Shown here piece by piece: positions 1 to 8,893 of a DNA stretch of 32,000 nt. Position numbers and translations under genes: made by a program. The notes under the pieces are model-generated. The model worked only from the letters and a program-made list of their open reading frames with translations, did not search any database and was not told the origin of the DNA. The DNA is taken from assembly GCF_000172995.2 (NCBI RefSeq), contig NC_014729.1, positions 1,020,001-1,052,000 of the forward strand. The letters run 5' to 3'. The first letter of the stretch is position 1. Each line of letters starts with the position of its first letter. This DNA is from Halogeometricum borinquense DSM 11551 (GTDB taxonomy: Archaea > Halobacteriota > Halobacteria > Halobacteriales > Haloferacaceae).

Positions 1-598
1 CGCGGTCCGACGTGATCATGACCGGGTTGATTTCGATGTCCGAGGCGTCCTTCGACTCGTAGAGGTCGTAGAGCGTCGAGAGGATCGTGGCTACGTCGCC
101 CGCTACGTCGTGGGGAATGCCCGCCTCGTAGACGACTTTCCGCGCCTGATAGGGGTGCAGACCGAACGCAGGGTCGATGTGTTCCCGAGCGATGGCTTCG
201 GGCGTCTCTTCTGCGACTTCTTCGATGTTGACGCCACCTTCGGTGGAGACCATGGCAACGGGCTTGCCCTCGCCGCGGTCCATCGTGATACCGACGTAGA
301 GTTCGTTCTCGAAGTCCACACCGGCCTCAACGAGCACTTTCTCGACGGTGTAGCCCTTGAGGTCCATCCCGAGGATGTCCTCGGCGGCCTCTCGTGCTTC
401 GTCCTCGTCTGTGGCTATCTTGATGCCGCCCGCTTTGCCACGGCCGCCAACGTGTACTTGCGCTTTGATTGCGGCAGGGTAGCCGATCTCCTCTACCGCC
501 TCCATCACTTCGTCAACCGACGTTGCGAGACGGGACTCGGGCACCGGAATCCCCGCCTCGGCGAAGATATCCTTCGCCTGATACTCGTGGAGTCTCAT
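1..598 (-). CDS. sucC: Succinyl-CoA ligase (ADP-forming) beta subunit; N-terminal ~199 codons only, since the gene runs off the left edge
   Basis: Absent from the ORF track because there is no stop in the window. The reverse complement from CAT at 596-598 reads MRLHEYQAKDIFAEAGIPV..., the canonical SucC ATP-grasp N-terminus. The frame stays open to position 1. Confidence 0.85.
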   Translation of the reverse strand, partial: MRLHEYQAKDIFAEAGIPVPESRLATSVDEVMEAVEEIGYPAAIKAQVHVGGRGKAGGIKIATDEDEAREAAEDILGMDLKGYTVEKVLVEAGVDFENELYVGITMDRGEGKPVAMVSTEGGVNIEEVAEETPEAIAREHIDPAFGLHPYQARKVVYEAGIPHDVAGDVATILSTLYDLYESKDASDIEINPVMITSDR

Positions 599-624
599 GC
601 GTCCGTGATTGCGAAGGACGCGCG

Positions 625-631
625 CTTAAAT
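625..631 (-). promoter_or_regulatory. TATA-like box (ATTTAAG on the minus strand) for sucC, consistent with a leaderless mRNA
   Basis: AT-rich heptamer 27-33 nt upstream of the sucC ATG at 598, in otherwise GC-rich sequence. Confidence 0.4.
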
Positions 632-742
632 CCCGTCCATCCGGTAACGATCGATGAACCTAGTTCGCCGCGAGAGGCAGTTTTTTCAGTGCCGCTGTCG
701 CGCCGGAAAGCGAACTACTCGACGGTCATGCAGCGACGCGCG

Positions 743-931
743 TCACTCCGCGTAGAATCGAACGAGACCGCACTCGGGACACACGTAGGTAACGAGATAC
801 GTACTGCCGCGTAAGCCGAGTTCGCCGAGGAACCCATCCGGTTTCAGGCGCACCTTGTCGCGGTTTGCGTTCACGTCATAATCCGATTCTTGCATCGCTA
901 CATCGCAGTCGGGACATCTTCTGGAGGGCAC
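743..931 (-). CDS. Small zinc-ribbon protein (CPDC...CPEC), function unknown
   Basis: The ORF 743..961 opens with TTG. An in-frame GTG at 931 precedes the first CPxC and lies 23-29 nt downstream of a TATA-like element. The two CxxC pairs (CPDC, CPEC) are typical of a zinc ribbon. The start is uncertain (931 vs 961). Confidence 0.55.
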   Translation of the reverse strand: MPSRRCPDCDVAMQESDYDVNANRDKVRLKPDGFLGELGLRGSTYLVTYVCPECGLVRFYAE

Positions 932-953
932 AATAGCGCGTTGCCCGCACTCC

Positions 954-960
954 TTTATCA
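954..960. promoter_or_regulatory. Shared bidirectional TATA element (TTTATCA / TGATAAA) between two divergent genes
   Basis: This is the only AT-rich element between the divergent starts. Its centre is about 28 nt from the ATG at 985 (+) and about 26 nt from the GTG at 931 (-). Confidence 0.45.
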
Positions 961-984
961 ATCTACGTATCGAACCGTTGGCGC

Positions 985-1941
985 ATGCGCGCAGTCAGAT
1001 TTCACGAACACGGCGGGCCGGACGTACTGACCGTAGACGAGATAGACGAACCCGAACCCGGGTACGGAGAGGTCGTCGTCGAGGTCGGTGCCGCCGGGGT
1101 CAACCCCGTCGATACGTACTTCCGCGAGGGCGCGTACGACGTTCCGTATCTCCCGTTTACCCCCGGTTCAGATTTCGCTGGCACCGTAGTTGGCGTCGGT
1201 GAGGGCGTCGAACGCTTCTCGTTCGGCGACCGTGTGTTCGGGACTGGCCTCGGTAACGGGATGTCGGGAACCTACGCCGAACAGATTGTCTCACCCACGG
1301 AGTTGCTCACACACCTTCCCGAGGAGGTGGAGTTGACCGACGCCGCGGCGTTCGCCCTCGTCGGTACCACCGCATGGCAGGCACTCGTTCACCACGCGAG
1401 TGTCGAACCCGTCGAAACGGTCCTTATCCACGGCGGAAGCGGCGGTGTCGGTCACGTCGCCATTCAACTGGCGAACACAATGGGTGCGCGCGTCTTCACC
1501 ACGTCGTCGCCGGATTACCATGACAAACTCGAAGCGCTCGGCGCTGACGCCGTTTTCGATTACAACCGTGACGACCTCAAACGCGTCATCACCGAGGTCG
1601 GCACGCCCGACGTGATCCTCGACACGCACATGGATCACTATCTCCAGTTCGACGCCGACATCGCGGCCGACGGTGCCCGCATCATCGGCGTCGGCAACGA
1701 TACCGCCGAAGGGAGCTTTACCAATATCGGCGTCACCAAGAGCAAGGAACTGCGCTACCAGTTCATGTCGATGTTCAACACACCCGACCAACCGGCCGTC
1801 CTCTCTCGTCTTTCGGATCTTCTCACCCGCGGCGACGTCGAACCAGTGATCCACAGGACGTACGATCTCGAAGAGGCTGGAGAGGCCCAACGTAACGTTA
1901 TCCACGACGGGTTCGTCGGAAAAATCGTCCTCGTTCCCTGA
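985..1941 (+). CDS. NADPH:quinone oxidoreductase / zinc-type alcohol dehydrogenase family (MDR superfamily) protein
   Basis: 318 aa. The N-terminus MRAVRFHEHGGPDVL...GEVVVEV.AAGVNPVD and the Rossmann motif HGGSGGVGHVAIQLA are typical of Qor-like MDR enzymes. Confidence 0.85.
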   Translation: MRAVRFHEHGGPDVLTVDEIDEPEPGYGEVVVEVGAAGVNPVDTYFREGAYDVPYLPFTPGSDFAGTVVGVGEGVERFSFGDRVFGTGLGNGMSGTYAEQIVSPTELLTHLPEEVELTDAAAFALVGTTAWQALVHHASVEPVETVLIHGGSGGVGHVAIQLANTMGARVFTTSSPDYHDKLEALGADAVFDYNRDDLKRVITEVGTPDVILDTHMDHYLQFDADIAADGARIIGVGNDTAEGSFTNIGVTKSKELRYQFMSMFNTPDQPAVLSRLSDLLTRGDVEPVIHRTYDLEEAGEAQRNVIHDGFVGKIVLVP

Positions 1942-2013
1942 GACGGGTGTTGTCGTCCCGCACCTCGGTCTCTCCGTGCGTCGCCCAACTGTCCGCGTTC
2001 CATTCGCCGCCCC

Positions 2014-2020
2014 ATTTATG
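2014..2020 (+). promoter_or_regulatory. TATA-like box (ATTTATG) for the SDR gene
   Basis: Lies 24-30 nt upstream of the ATG at 2044. Confidence 0.4.
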
Positions 2021-2043
2021 TCCTGTGCTGACGAGTAACAGAC

Positions 2044-2754
2044 ATGAACGTGGAGTTCGACTTCGACGGACGCGTCGCCCTCGTGACTGGTGCCTGCGGT
2101 GCCCTCGGTAGTGCCGTCGCGGCGGCGTTCCGCGACGCCGGTGCGACGGTGGCCGCGGCGGATATCGTCGAACCCGATGACGAAGATTCGCTCCTCGACG
2201 TTGACGAGGGGGTTCAGTTCTATCACGGCAATTTCACCGACGAAGACGACGTATCGCACACCGTCGAATCGGTCGTCGAGGATCACGGACGGATCGACTT
2301 TCTCGCCAACATCGCTGGAACGTGGCGTGGTGGCGACCCAATCCACGAAACTGACGCCGACACGTTCGATCTGTTGTTCGACGTGAATCTCAAGACGATG
2401 TTTCTCGCCTCCAAGCACGCTCTCCCGCACCTGCAAGAGACAGAGGGAGCAATCGTCAGCGTCTCCGCCCGGTCGTCGCTCGAGGGTGGCGAAGGCGACG
2501 GCGTCTACCGAGCGTCGAAGGCGGGCGTCAGACTCCTCACCGAAACCATCGCCACGGAGAATCTCGGCACCGTCCGCGCGAACGCAGTCATGCCGAGTGT
2601 TATCGACACGCCGATGAACCGTGAGATGATGCCCGACGCCGACCACGACGCGTGGGTTGACCCGGCCGAGATCGCACGGACGGTTCTTGCGCTCTGTTCG
2701 GACGCGACGGGCGTCACTTCCGGTGCGGCCGTCCCCGTCTACGGCGAAGCCTGA
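2044..2754 (+). CDS. Short-chain dehydrogenase/reductase (SDR) family oxidoreductase
   Basis: 236 aa. TGACGALG glycine-rich NAD(P) motif near the N-terminus and the YRASK catalytic Tyr-x3-Lys motif. Confidence 0.85.
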   Translation: MNVEFDFDGRVALVTGACGALGSAVAAAFRDAGATVAAADIVEPDDEDSLLDVDEGVQFYHGNFTDEDDVSHTVESVVEDHGRIDFLANIAGTWRGGDPIHETDADTFDLLFDVNLKTMFLASKHALPHLQETEGAIVSVSARSSLEGGEGDGVYRASKAGVRLLTETIATENLGTVRANAVMPSVIDTPMNREMMPDADHDAWVDPAEIARTVLALCSDATGVTSGAAVPVYGEA

Positions 2755-2983
2755 CCGTCGCCCGGAAACGTCTGTCCGACGGCAACCCAACCAACGATGA
2801 CCGGGGCCGCGGTGGCCGACTGGTGACGCTCGATCCCGGTTCGTAAACCTGTCAGAACAAAGAGGTAGACGACGAACGTTTTCCGAGTATATGTAGACGA
2901 GAATAAAATGTCGATTAATCCTCGTATTTTCGCCCGAGCATCGCACAATTTATCAAGTTCAGGTCTGGTAGAGGGAGACAGAC

Positions 2984-4366
2984 ATGAGCGAACGAGAAAC
3001 GTGGGCGACGAGGGCAGGGTTCATCCTCGCCGCCGTGGGAAGTGCAGTGGGGCTTGGGAACATCTGGCAGTTCCCGTTCAAAACGGCGGAGTTCGGTGGG
3101 GCAACATTCCTTGTCGTATATCTCGCAGCAGTGTTCGGAATCGGTCTGCCGGCGATGCTCGCAGAGTTCGTCATCGGTCGGCGAAGCAAACGGAACACCA
3201 TCAGCGCCTTCGAGCGTCTCGACCACAAGAAATGGCGATTTGTCGGCGCGATTGGCCTCCTTACGGGCTTTTGGATTCTGTCGTACTACAGCGTCGTCGG
3301 TGGATGGGTGCTCCGCTACGTCGGCGGGAGCATCACCGGTGCGTACTTCGGCGGTGCAGAGTCGTACTTCGGCGCTATCTCAGCCGGTCCGGAGGCGGTC
3401 GCACTCCACGCGATTTTCATGACGCTCGTGGTCGGTATTGTCGCGTTCGGCATCGAAGACGGCATCGAGAAAGCAACGAAACTCATGGTGCCGAGTATTC
3501 TCGTCATCCTCGGCGCACTCGCTGTCTGGGCGTTCACGCTTCCGGGCGCGTCGGAAGGGTACGGCTACTTCCTCTCGCCTGACCTGAGCCAACTCCGACT
3601 CACCGTCGAATCAGCGCCGTCGTTCCCGTGGGTGTCCTTCGGCGGTCCCCTCGCTGAAATCATCCCCTTCGCGGTCAGTCAAGCGTTCTTCTCGCTGTCA
3701 CTCGGGATGGGTGCGATGATCACGTACGCGTCCTACATTGACGGCGACGAGAGTCTGTTCGGCGACAGCGCGACTATCGTCGTGTTCAACACGCTGATCG
3801 GTATCCTCGCCGGGTTGGTCGTCATTCCGCTCCTGTTCGCGCAGGGTGTCGAACCCGGAAGCGGTGGGGCAGGTGCGCTGTTCATCAGCGTCGCAGGCGC
3901 ATTTGCGAACATCCCGCTCGGACGCGTCGTCGGCTTCGTCTTCTTCCTCGTCGTCCTCGTGGCGGCGCTCTCGTCGGCTATCAGCCTGCTCGAAGTCGTC
4001 GTCTCTTACGCTATCGACAACTACGCCGTCTCACGGCCGCAGATGGCCGTCGGCCTCGGAGGAACCATCTTCCTGCTCGGCCTTCCCTCGGCGTGGGACA
4101 CGGCGTGGCTGACGTGGTTCGACAACCTCGCCTACCAACTCCTGCTTCCGGCATCGGTACTCGGTATCCTCACCTTCTCCGGGTGGGTGTTCGGTCGGCC
4201 GGCCGTCGAAGAACTCCTTCGCGGAACCAACTTCGGCGACAGTATCGGCGTGACGTGGCTCTGGCTGGTTCGGAGCGTCGTCTTCCTCGCGGTGATCCTG
4301 ACGCTCGTCCTCGGTCTGCTGACGCTGTTCACTGGACAGAACCCGGCCATCGTGCCCCCGCTCTGA
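2984..4366 (+). CDS. Sodium-dependent transporter, neurotransmitter:sodium symporter (NSS/SNF) family, paralog 1
   Basis: 460 aa and polytopic. The N-terminal signature WATRAGFILAAVGSAVGLGNIWQFPF is diagnostic for NSS/SNF transporters. Confidence 0.9.
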   Translation: MSERETWATRAGFILAAVGSAVGLGNIWQFPFKTAEFGGATFLVVYLAAVFGIGLPAMLAEFVIGRRSKRNTISAFERLDHKKWRFVGAIGLLTGFWILSYYSVVGGWVLRYVGGSITGAYFGGAESYFGAISAGPEAVALHAIFMTLVVGIVAFGIEDGIEKATKLMVPSILVILGALAVWAFTLPGASEGYGYFLSPDLSQLRLTVESAPSFPWVSFGGPLAEIIPFAVSQAFFSLSLGMGAMITYASYIDGDESLFGDSATIVVFNTLIGILAGLVVIPLLFAQGVEPGSGGAGALFISVAGAFANIPLGRVVGFVFFLVVLVAALSSAISLLEVVVSYAIDNYAVSRPQMAVGLGGTIFLLGLPSAWDTAWLTWFDNLAYQLLLPASVLGILTFSGWVFGRPAVEELLRGTNFGDSIGVTWLWLVRSVVFLAVILTLVLGLLTLFTGQNPAIVPPL

Positions 4367-4419
4367 GGATTCCGGCGGCGGTTCGTTCATCCGCCTACGA
4401 ATCTTCAGCGAATGAGATA

Positions 4420-4424
4420 TTTTT
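4420..4424 (+). terminator. Oligo-T tract (TTTTT) downstream of NSS paralog 1
   Basis: The T5 run lies 54 nt after the stop at 4366. Archaeal terminators are typically oligo-T tracts. A separate TATA-like box follows at 4509-4515. Confidence 0.35.
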
Positions 4425-4508
4425 CGGCTAATTACTGACGAATATCGGCTCCTAAGTGTACTGTTCTCCGTTACATTTGACGTTTGATGGATTCTCGGTC
4501 CGAAAGGG

Positions 4509-4515
4509 CTTTTAG
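4509..4515 (+). promoter_or_regulatory. TATA-like box (CTTTTAG) for NSS paralog 2
   Basis: Centred 27 nt upstream of the ATG at 4539. Confidence 0.4.
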
Positions 4516-4538
4516 CGCGAAAGTGAGAGTGCGAGTCA

Positions 4539-5957
4539 ATGACACGAGAAACATGGGCAACACGGGCAGGGTTCATCCTCGCCGCTGTCGGAAGCGCGGT
4601 TGGTCTCGGGAACATCTGGCGGTTCCCGTGGATCACGGCTGAAAACGGCGGCAGTGCGTTCTTGGCGGTCTACCTCGGCATCGTCCTCCTTGTCGGCGTT
4701 CCGGGCCTCCTCGGGATGTTCGTCATCGGTCGCCGGGCGAAACGAAATCCGGTCGGTGCGCTTCGGTCGCTGTCGGGATCGAATCGGTGGGGGTTCGCGG
4801 GCGGGTTTCTTATCTTCAGTTCGCTTGTACTCATCTCCTTTTACAGCGTCGTCGGCGGTTGGATTCTGCGCTACTTCGGTGAGAGCGTTGTCGGTCTCGT
4901 CACCGGTAACGTACGGTACTTCGCTAATCCCGGTGCAGCGTTCGGTGCGGCCTCCGCCGGACTGGATGCCGTAGCGTTCCACCTCGTTTTCCTCGCACTC
5001 GCTGCGGTCATCATCGTCGCGGGCATCCGCGGCGGCATCGAAATCGCCACGAAGTGGATGATGCCCGCCATCTTCACGCTCCTCGTCGGTCTCGGTATCT
5101 GGGCCTCCACGCAGTCGGGCGCGGCCGAAGCCTACGCGTTCTACCTCCGGTTCGACGTTTCGACGCTACAGAACAACTTCTTCGGCCTCCTCGGACCCGC
5201 CGCCGGGCAGGCACTCTTTACGCTTTCTTTGGGCGTCGGAACGATGATAACGTACGCTTCCTATCTCGACGAGGACCGGTCACTCCCCTTCGACGGAGCC
5301 ACTATCGCCGTCTTGAACACCATCGTCGGCGTTCTCGCAGGACTGGTCGTCTTCCCGCTCCTGTTCACGCTCGGCATCGAACCCGGTCAGACGGGCACCG
5401 GTGCAGGTGCGTTGTTCGTTGGACTCGCCGGTGCGTTCGCTCAACTGCCGGGTGGCACGCTCGTCGCTACCGCCTTCTTCGCCGTCGTCGCCCTCGCGGC
5501 GCTCTCGTCGGCGATCAGCATCCTCGAAATCTCCGTTTCGTTCCTCGTAGATGAGTACGGTCTGGCGCGCCGTCGGGCCGCGGGCCTTGTCGGCGGACTC
5601 GTCGCCGTTACCGGGTCCGTCTGCGCGCTCGAACCCAGCGTCTTCGGCTTCGTCGCGGGAACGCTCGTTGACATCCTCCTCACTGTCGGACTCGCGGTCT
5701 GTCTCGTCTTCGTCGGTTGGGTGATGGGCCGCGATGCCATCACGGAGTTCCGCAACGGCGCGGGATCCCTCGGACAGACTATCGCCACGCCGTGGCTGTT
5801 CGGCGTCGGCGTCCTCCTCCCCATCTTCCTCGTCTTTACCCTCCTGACGACGTTCGGCGTTGACGGGAAAATCGGCTTTTGGCCCACTGTCGTCGCCGCT
5901 GTCGCCGTCGCTATCGCCGCGTTCGTGAGTCTCCGGAGCGAACGCTCGGTCGTCTGA
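4539..5957 (+). CDS. Sodium-dependent transporter, NSS/SNF family, paralog 2
   Basis: 472 aa. The same signature is present (WATRAGFILAAVGSAVGLGNIWRFPW), and it is collinear with paralog 1 throughout. Confidence 0.9.
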   Translation: MTRETWATRAGFILAAVGSAVGLGNIWRFPWITAENGGSAFLAVYLGIVLLVGVPGLLGMFVIGRRAKRNPVGALRSLSGSNRWGFAGGFLIFSSLVLISFYSVVGGWILRYFGESVVGLVTGNVRYFANPGAAFGAASAGLDAVAFHLVFLALAAVIIVAGIRGGIEIATKWMMPAIFTLLVGLGIWASTQSGAAEAYAFYLRFDVSTLQNNFFGLLGPAAGQALFTLSLGVGTMITYASYLDEDRSLPFDGATIAVLNTIVGVLAGLVVFPLLFTLGIEPGQTGTGAGALFVGLAGAFAQLPGGTLVATAFFAVVALAALSSAISILEISVSFLVDEYGLARRRAAGLVGGLVAVTGSVCALEPSVFGFVAGTLVDILLTVGLAVCLVFVGWVMGRDAITEFRNGAGSLGQTIATPWLFGVGVLLPIFLVFTLLTTFGVDGKIGFWPTVVAAVAVAIAAFVSLRSERSVV

Positions 5958-6237
5958 ACGGTCCGCTCGGAGGTCCGTCACAACGACTTCGAAAACAATC
6001 CGGTGCAGTGGTTGCTGACGTGCGTGGACGGTCCGCGTGACCTGGCCGCGCCAGCGACTCATCGCGGCGTCTCAGGCGTCTACATTCCCCGACTGGACAG
6101 CGAACTTACAGTCGTGCTCGGCATCTCGACGGGATACTTTCCGTAACAGCACCCCCAAAACTGCCACCGCTGCCGTTCCCTGCATACGTCGAACGTCGAA
6201 CCCTCCTTTGTCGTATTGCGGAAACCCTTTTGCACAT

Positions 6238-6251
6238 CGAACGGACGTTCG
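6238..6251. promoter_or_regulatory. Perfect palindrome CGAACG-GA-CGTTCG abutting the pccB TATA box; candidate operator
   Basis: 6+6 bp inverted repeat with a 2-nt spacer, read directly from the sequence. It sits immediately upstream of GATAATG (6253-6259). A tandem (ACGTCGA)x2 lies at 6186-6199. Confidence 0.3.
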
Positions 6252-6252
6252 T

Positions 6253-6259
6253 GATAATG
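6253..6259 (+). promoter_or_regulatory. TATA-like box (GATAATG) for pccB
   Basis: Centred 27 nt upstream of the ATG at 6283. Confidence 0.4.
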
Positions 6260-6282
6260 AACGCAGGTGGTCCGACGTGACG

Positions 6283-7823
<1,541 letters not shown>

Positions 7824-7827
<4 letters not shown>

Positions 7828-8087
7828 GCCGCGTGGACGACGTGAACCTCTCCATCCCGACGGCGGCCGACGAGGACGAAGCCGCGGCCATCGCCGCCGC
7901 CGTCGCCGCGCACCTCCGCGACCAACAGGTCGCCGCGGCCGCTGCGGAGGATGAGACCGACTCGTGGGACGGCGAACGCTGGTCGTTTGCCGGTCGGATG
8001 CGAGCCGTATCCGGATGCGCCGCGCGTATTCCAGATGGCGCGCCGCGCGACGGATGGGCTGCTGCCGGGCGCACAGACCGGTTCTAA
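7824..8087 (+). CDS. pccX: Small Ala-rich acyl-CoA carboxylase operon protein (PccX-like small subunit)
   Basis: 87 aa. Its ATG overlaps the pccB stop (ATGA at 7824-7827). It has an acidic, Ala-rich N-half and a C-terminal ...W..AGR...RF region. A small essential PccX co-transcribed with pccB is described for Haloferax mediterranei. I assign it by position and composition, not by alignment. Confidence 0.65.
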
Positions 8088-8146
8088 ACGGTCCATCGGT
8101 TCGCGCCGCGACCGGAGCGTTTGCTTCGGTCCGTAGTGACGGCGAC

Positions 8147-8153
8147 CTTATGG
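8147..8153 (+). promoter_or_regulatory. TATA-like box (CTTATGG) for the amphi-Trp gene
   Basis: Centred about 29 nt upstream of the ATG at 8179. Confidence 0.35.
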
Positions 8154-8178
8154 TTTCGCACGGCTAATACCTGCGTGT

Positions 8179-8463
8179 ATGCCCGAAGAAACACTGTTCA
8201 AATCCGAAAGCAAGCAGAGCCGTGCCGAAATCGCAACGTACCTACGGACCGTCGCGGACGCCCTCGAATCGGGCGATTCGATGACGCTCTCTGCGGGTGA
8301 GAAATCCGTAACGATGGAGCCGCCGTCGAATCTGACGTTCGAGGTGAAAGCCGAACGCGAGGGGCCGACAGACGCTCCCGGCGAACTGAGCGTCGAGTTC
8401 GAGCTAGAGTGGGACGAGGACAGCGGCGACGGCGGCGGAGACTCGTCGTTAGAGATTTCGTAG
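8179..8463 (+). CDS. Amphi-Trp domain-containing protein
   Basis: 94 aa and very acidic, with the pattern ...RAEIA.YLR..AD.L..G......G......P..L.FEVK.ERE......L..E.EW... ending in an acidic tail. This matches my recollection of the amphi-Trp domain family. Confidence 0.7.
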   Translation: MPEETLFKSESKQSRAEIATYLRTVADALESGDSMTLSAGEKSVTMEPPSNLTFEVKAEREGPTDAPGELSVEFELEWDEDSGDGGGDSSLEIS

Positions 8464-8522
8464 GTCGCGTCTCCGGCGCTGCCGCTCCCGTTTAATTCGA
8501 GTCAAGAAGTCGTTCGGCCGTC

Positions 8523-8717
8523 TTATGCCGTCTGGCTGGAGCCGCCTTTCTTTCGCGTGATGTAGCCCGCGATGCGGTTGCGCACGCCCTTGGATTCGAC
8601 GTTTGTGAGTTTGCTCACGCTCTCTTTGTTCGTCTCGAAGTCCGTGTTGAACGCCTGCGGGTACTTGTCCAGCAGCACTTTCCCGAGTTGCTTGACGTAC
8701 TTGGGTTTGATAGCCAT
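8523..8717 (-). CDS. rps17e: 30S ribosomal protein S17e (eS17)
   Basis: 64 aa: MAIKPKYVKQLGKVLLDKYPQAFNTDFETNKESVSKLTNVESKGVRNRIAGYITRK, a classic eS17 sequence. Confidence 0.92.
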   Translation of the reverse strand: MAIKPKYVKQLGKVLLDKYPQAFNTDFETNKESVSKLTNVESKGVRNRIAGYITRKKGGSSQTA

Positions 8718-8741
8718 GCGTAAGCGTATCCACAGAACGCA

Positions 8742-8748
8742 CTAAAAC
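8742..8748 (-). promoter_or_regulatory. TATA-like box (GTTTTAG on the minus strand) for rps17e
   Basis: Lies 25-31 nt upstream of the ATG at 8717. Confidence 0.4.
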
Positions 8749-8817
8749 GATTCGTTCCGCCCCGGTCGAGGAGAGAGCGTGTCACGGCCACTATATGACT
8801 AGTTCGAGTCACTCAGG

Positions 8818-8893
8818 CTACTCGAACGCTCTGGCACCACAGCTACTCGATCCGTTCCGCCATCCAGACTACTCGATCCGCTCGCGCCATCCC
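8818..8893. repeat. Three tandem, degenerating copies (period 25-26 bp) of the 3' end of the DUF447 gene
   Basis: The copies are CTACTCGAACGCTCTGGCACCACAG (8818), CTACTCGATCCGTTCCGCCATCCAGA (8843) and CTACTCGATCCGCTCGCGCCATCC (8869, the real gene end including its stop). Confidence 0.7.

Noticed and set aside
110-814. Plus-strand ORF (234 aa) overlapping sucC
   Set aside because: It is antisense to the unmistakable SucC N-terminus, and the peptide has no motif content.
1291-2946. Very long minus-strand ORF (551 aa) spanning the quinone oxidoreductase and SDR genes
   Set aside because: It is antisense to two genes with clear family motifs. The peptide is Arg/Gly/Asp/Val-rich with no recognisable domain. 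This is a typical shadow ORF of high-G+C DNA, where stop codons are rare in the antisense frames.
6037-6282. In-frame N-terminal extension of 82 codons on the pccB ORF (alternative GTG start)
   Set aside because: The extension is Ser/Thr/Arg/Pro-rich and unlike carboxyltransferase N-termini. Homology starts at [13 protein letters not shown], and a TATA-like box sits 27 nt before the ATG at 6283.
8195-8215. tRNA-like T-loop sequences (TGTTCAAATCCG here, and GCGTTCGAACCGC near 30143-30156)
   Set aside because: The flanking bases cannot form a T-stem or an acceptor stem. The first is inside the amphi-Trp CDS. No cloverleaf could be drawn for either.
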